Below are positions 61,925 through 64,000 of a DNA stretch of 64,000 nucleotides, piece by piece; position 1 is the stretch's first letter, and every line of letters begins with the position of its first letter. The notes beneath the pieces are model-generated. The model made no database searches, was not told the origin of the DNA, and worked only from the letters and a program-made list of their open reading frames with translations. The DNA is from TPA_inf: Saccharomyces (lineage: Eukaryota): NCBI GenBank assembly GCA_000146045.2, contig BK006948.2, forward strand, positions 672,001 through 736,000, read 5' to 3'. A program made the translations under genes and the position numbers.

Positions 61925-64000
61925 ATGGATCGCATAGCACAGCAATATCGTAATGGCAAAAGAGACAATAACGGCAATAGAATGGCTTCTTCCGCTATAT
62001 CGGAAAAGGGCCACATACAAGTCAATCAAACTAGAACACCTGGTCAAATGCCCGTCTATAGAGGTGAAACTATAAATCTGTCTAACCTTCCCCAAAATCA
62101 AATTAAACCGTGCAAAGATTTGGACGACGTTAACATACGGCGGAACAACTCTAATAGGCATTCTAAAATACTTTTACTAGATCTGTGCGCTGGCCCCAAT
62201 ACCAACTCATTTTTAGGCAATACCAATGCTAAGGATATCACAGTTTTATCGTTGCCGCTACCCAGCACTTTGGTGAAAAGGTCGAACTACCCGTTCGAGA
62301 ACTTACTAAAGAATTACCTTGGATCTGATGAAAAGTATATTGAGTTCACAAAGATCATCAAAGATTATGATATTTTCATTTTCAGTGATTCGTTTAGCAG
62401 AATTTCGAGTTGTTTAAAGACAACTTTTTGCCTCATTGAGAAGTTTAAAAAGTTCATCTGCCATTTTTTTCCATCTCCTTATTTGAAATTCTTTCTTCTC
62501 GAAGGCTCTCTGAATGATAGCAAGGCCCCCTCATTAGGAAAAAATAAGAAAAATTGCATCTTGCCCAAATTGGATTTGAACTTGAATGTAAACTTAACTT
62601 CAAGGTCAACTTTAAATTTAAGAATAAACATACCTCCACCCAATGATTCAAATAAAATATTTTTACAGTCTCTGAAAAAGGATCTAATTCATTATTCTCC
62701 TAATTCTTTGCAAAAGTTTTTCCAATTCAATATGCCTGCTGACTTAGCACCTAACGACACGATTTTACCGAATTGGCTAAAATTCTGCTCCGTAAAAGAA
62801 AATGAAAAGGTAATATTAAAGAAACTCTTTAACAATTTTGAAACTTTAGAAAATTTTGAAATGCAAAGATTAGAGAAATGCCTGAAATTCAAGAAAAAGC
62901 CTTTACATCAAAAGCAGCTATCACAAAAGCAGAGGGGTCCGCAATCCACGGATGATTCAAAATTATATTCTTTAACTAGTTTGCAACGACAGTATAAAAG
63001 TTCTTTGAAAAGCAACATACAGAAAAATCAAAAGCTAAAATTAATTATACCAAAAAACAACACATCTTCTTCGCCATCACCATTATCTTCCGATGATACT
63101 ATAATGTCACCAATAAATGATTACGAACTTACTGAAGGAATTCAGTCTTTTACTAAGAATAGATATTCTAATATCTTACCTTACGAACATTCAAGAGTAA
63201 AGTTACCTCACTCCCCGAAACCACCTGCAGTTTCTGAAGCATCCACAACCGAAACTAAAACAGATAAGTCATATCCGATGTGTCCCGTAGATGCAAAAAA
63301 CCACTCCTGCAAACCGAACGACTATATCAATGCGAACTATTTGAAGCTCACGCAAATTAATCCTGATTTCAAGTATATTGCTACCCAAGCTCCGCTTCCT
63401 TCTACGATGGATGATTTTTGGAAGGTTATTACTTTAAATAAAGTTAAAGTAATAATATCATTGAATTCTGACGATGAATTGAATTTAAGAAAATGGGATA
63501 TTTACTGGAATAATCTGTCATATTCCAACCACACTATCAAACTTCAGAACACCTGGGAGAATATTTGCAATATTAATGGCTGTGTTCTCAGAGTCTTTCA
63601 AGTCAAGAAAACAGCTCCACAAAATGATAATATCAGTCAAGATTGTGACCTTCCGCATAATGGTGACCTTACTTCCATTACCATGGCTGTATCCGAGCCG
63701 TTTATTGTTTACCAATTACAATACAAGAATTGGTTAGATTCATGCGGCGTAGATATGAATGACATCATTAAACTACACAAAGTCAAAAATTCGTTATTGT
63801 TTAACCCGCAAAGTTTTATTACAAGCCTCGAAAAGGATGTTTGCAAGCCTGATTTGATAGATGATAATAATAGTGAGTTACATCTCGATACAGCAAATTC
63901 ATCGCCACTATTAGTCCATTGTTCTGCAGGGTGTGGAAGAACAGGTGTTTTCGTTACCTTGGATTTCCTACTAAGTATTCTTTCACCTACAACAAATCAC
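61925..64000 (+). CDS. PTP2: PTP2, protein tyrosine phosphatase (negative regulator of Hog1/MAPK); the N-terminal 692 codons are present and the 3' end lies beyond the window
   Basis: ATG at 61925 (MDRIAQQYRNGKRDNNGNRMASSAISEKGH...). The frame stays open to the window end, where the PTP signature motif VHCSAGCGRTG occurs. Confidence 0.85.
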   Translation, partial: MDRIAQQYRNGKRDNNGNRMASSAISEKGHIQVNQTRTPGQMPVYRGETINLSNLPQNQIKPCKDLDDVNIRRNNSNRHSKILLLDLCAGPNTNSFLGNTNAKDITVLSLPLPSTLVKRSNYPFENLLKNYLGSDEKYIEFTKIIKDYDIFIFSDSFSRISSCLKTTFCLIEKFKKFICHFFPSPYLKFFLLEGSLNDSKAPSLGKNKKNCILPKLDLNLNVNLTSRSTLNLRINIPPPNDSNKIFLQSLKKDLIHYSPNSLQKFFQFNMPADLAPNDTILPNWLKFCSVKENEKVILKKLFNNFETLENFEMQRLEKCLKFKKKPLHQKQLSQKQRGPQSTDDSKLYSLTSLQRQYKSSLKSNIQKNQKLKLIIPKNNTSSSPSPLSSDDTIMSPINDYELTEGIQSFTKNRYSNILPYEHSRVKLPHSPKPPAVSEASTTETKTDKSYPMCPVDAKNHSCKPNDYINANYLKLTQINPDFKYIATQAPLPSTMDDFWKVITLNKVKVIISLNSDDELNLRKWDIYWNNLSYSNHTIKLQNTWENICNINGCVLRVFQVKKTAPQNDNISQDCDLPHNGDLTSITMAVSEPFIVYQLQYKNWLDSCGVDMNDIIKLHKVKNSLLFNPQSFITSLEKDVCKPDLIDDNNSELHLDTANSSPLLVHCSAGCGRTGVFVTLDFLLSILSPTTNH

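Overview
This window reads as a well-characterised stretch of the Saccharomyces cerevisiae chromosome XV right arm (S288C-like), with gene order YOR179C (SYC1, partial) through YOR208W (PTP2, partial). About 25 nuclear protein-coding genes are recognisable from their translations. In order: DCI1, LAS17, RPS30B (with intron), FYV12, SER1, GSP2, YOR186W, TUF1, MSB1, IES4, SPR1, ULS1, THI72, PEX27, TOA1, SLK19, LIP5, MCA1, BFR1, MRM1/PET56, HIS3, DED1, GEP3, NOC2, RET1. The accessory part of the window lies between THI72 and PEX27. It holds a full-length, apparently intact Ty2 retrotransposon on the minus strand. The element has 333-bp LTRs that look identical by eye, a GTTTT target-site duplication, TYA and TYB with the +1 frameshift site, a PBS and a PPT. 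It sits 167 bp upstream of an initiator tRNA-Met gene. Further upstream are a cluster of solo delta fragments and then a 2.6-kb stretch with no ORF of 60 aa or more. Several ORFs in the supplied track start with TTG or GTG rendered as M. I trimmed those calls to the first ATG, which reproduces the known protein lengths. I see no evidence of a novel biological system here. The open questions are the ORF-free block upstream of THI72, a long convergent SER1-GSP2 intergenic region that might carry a ncRNA, and a few regulatory motifs. Gene and family identifications rest on recognising the translated proteins and on consistent synteny. No database search was possible.
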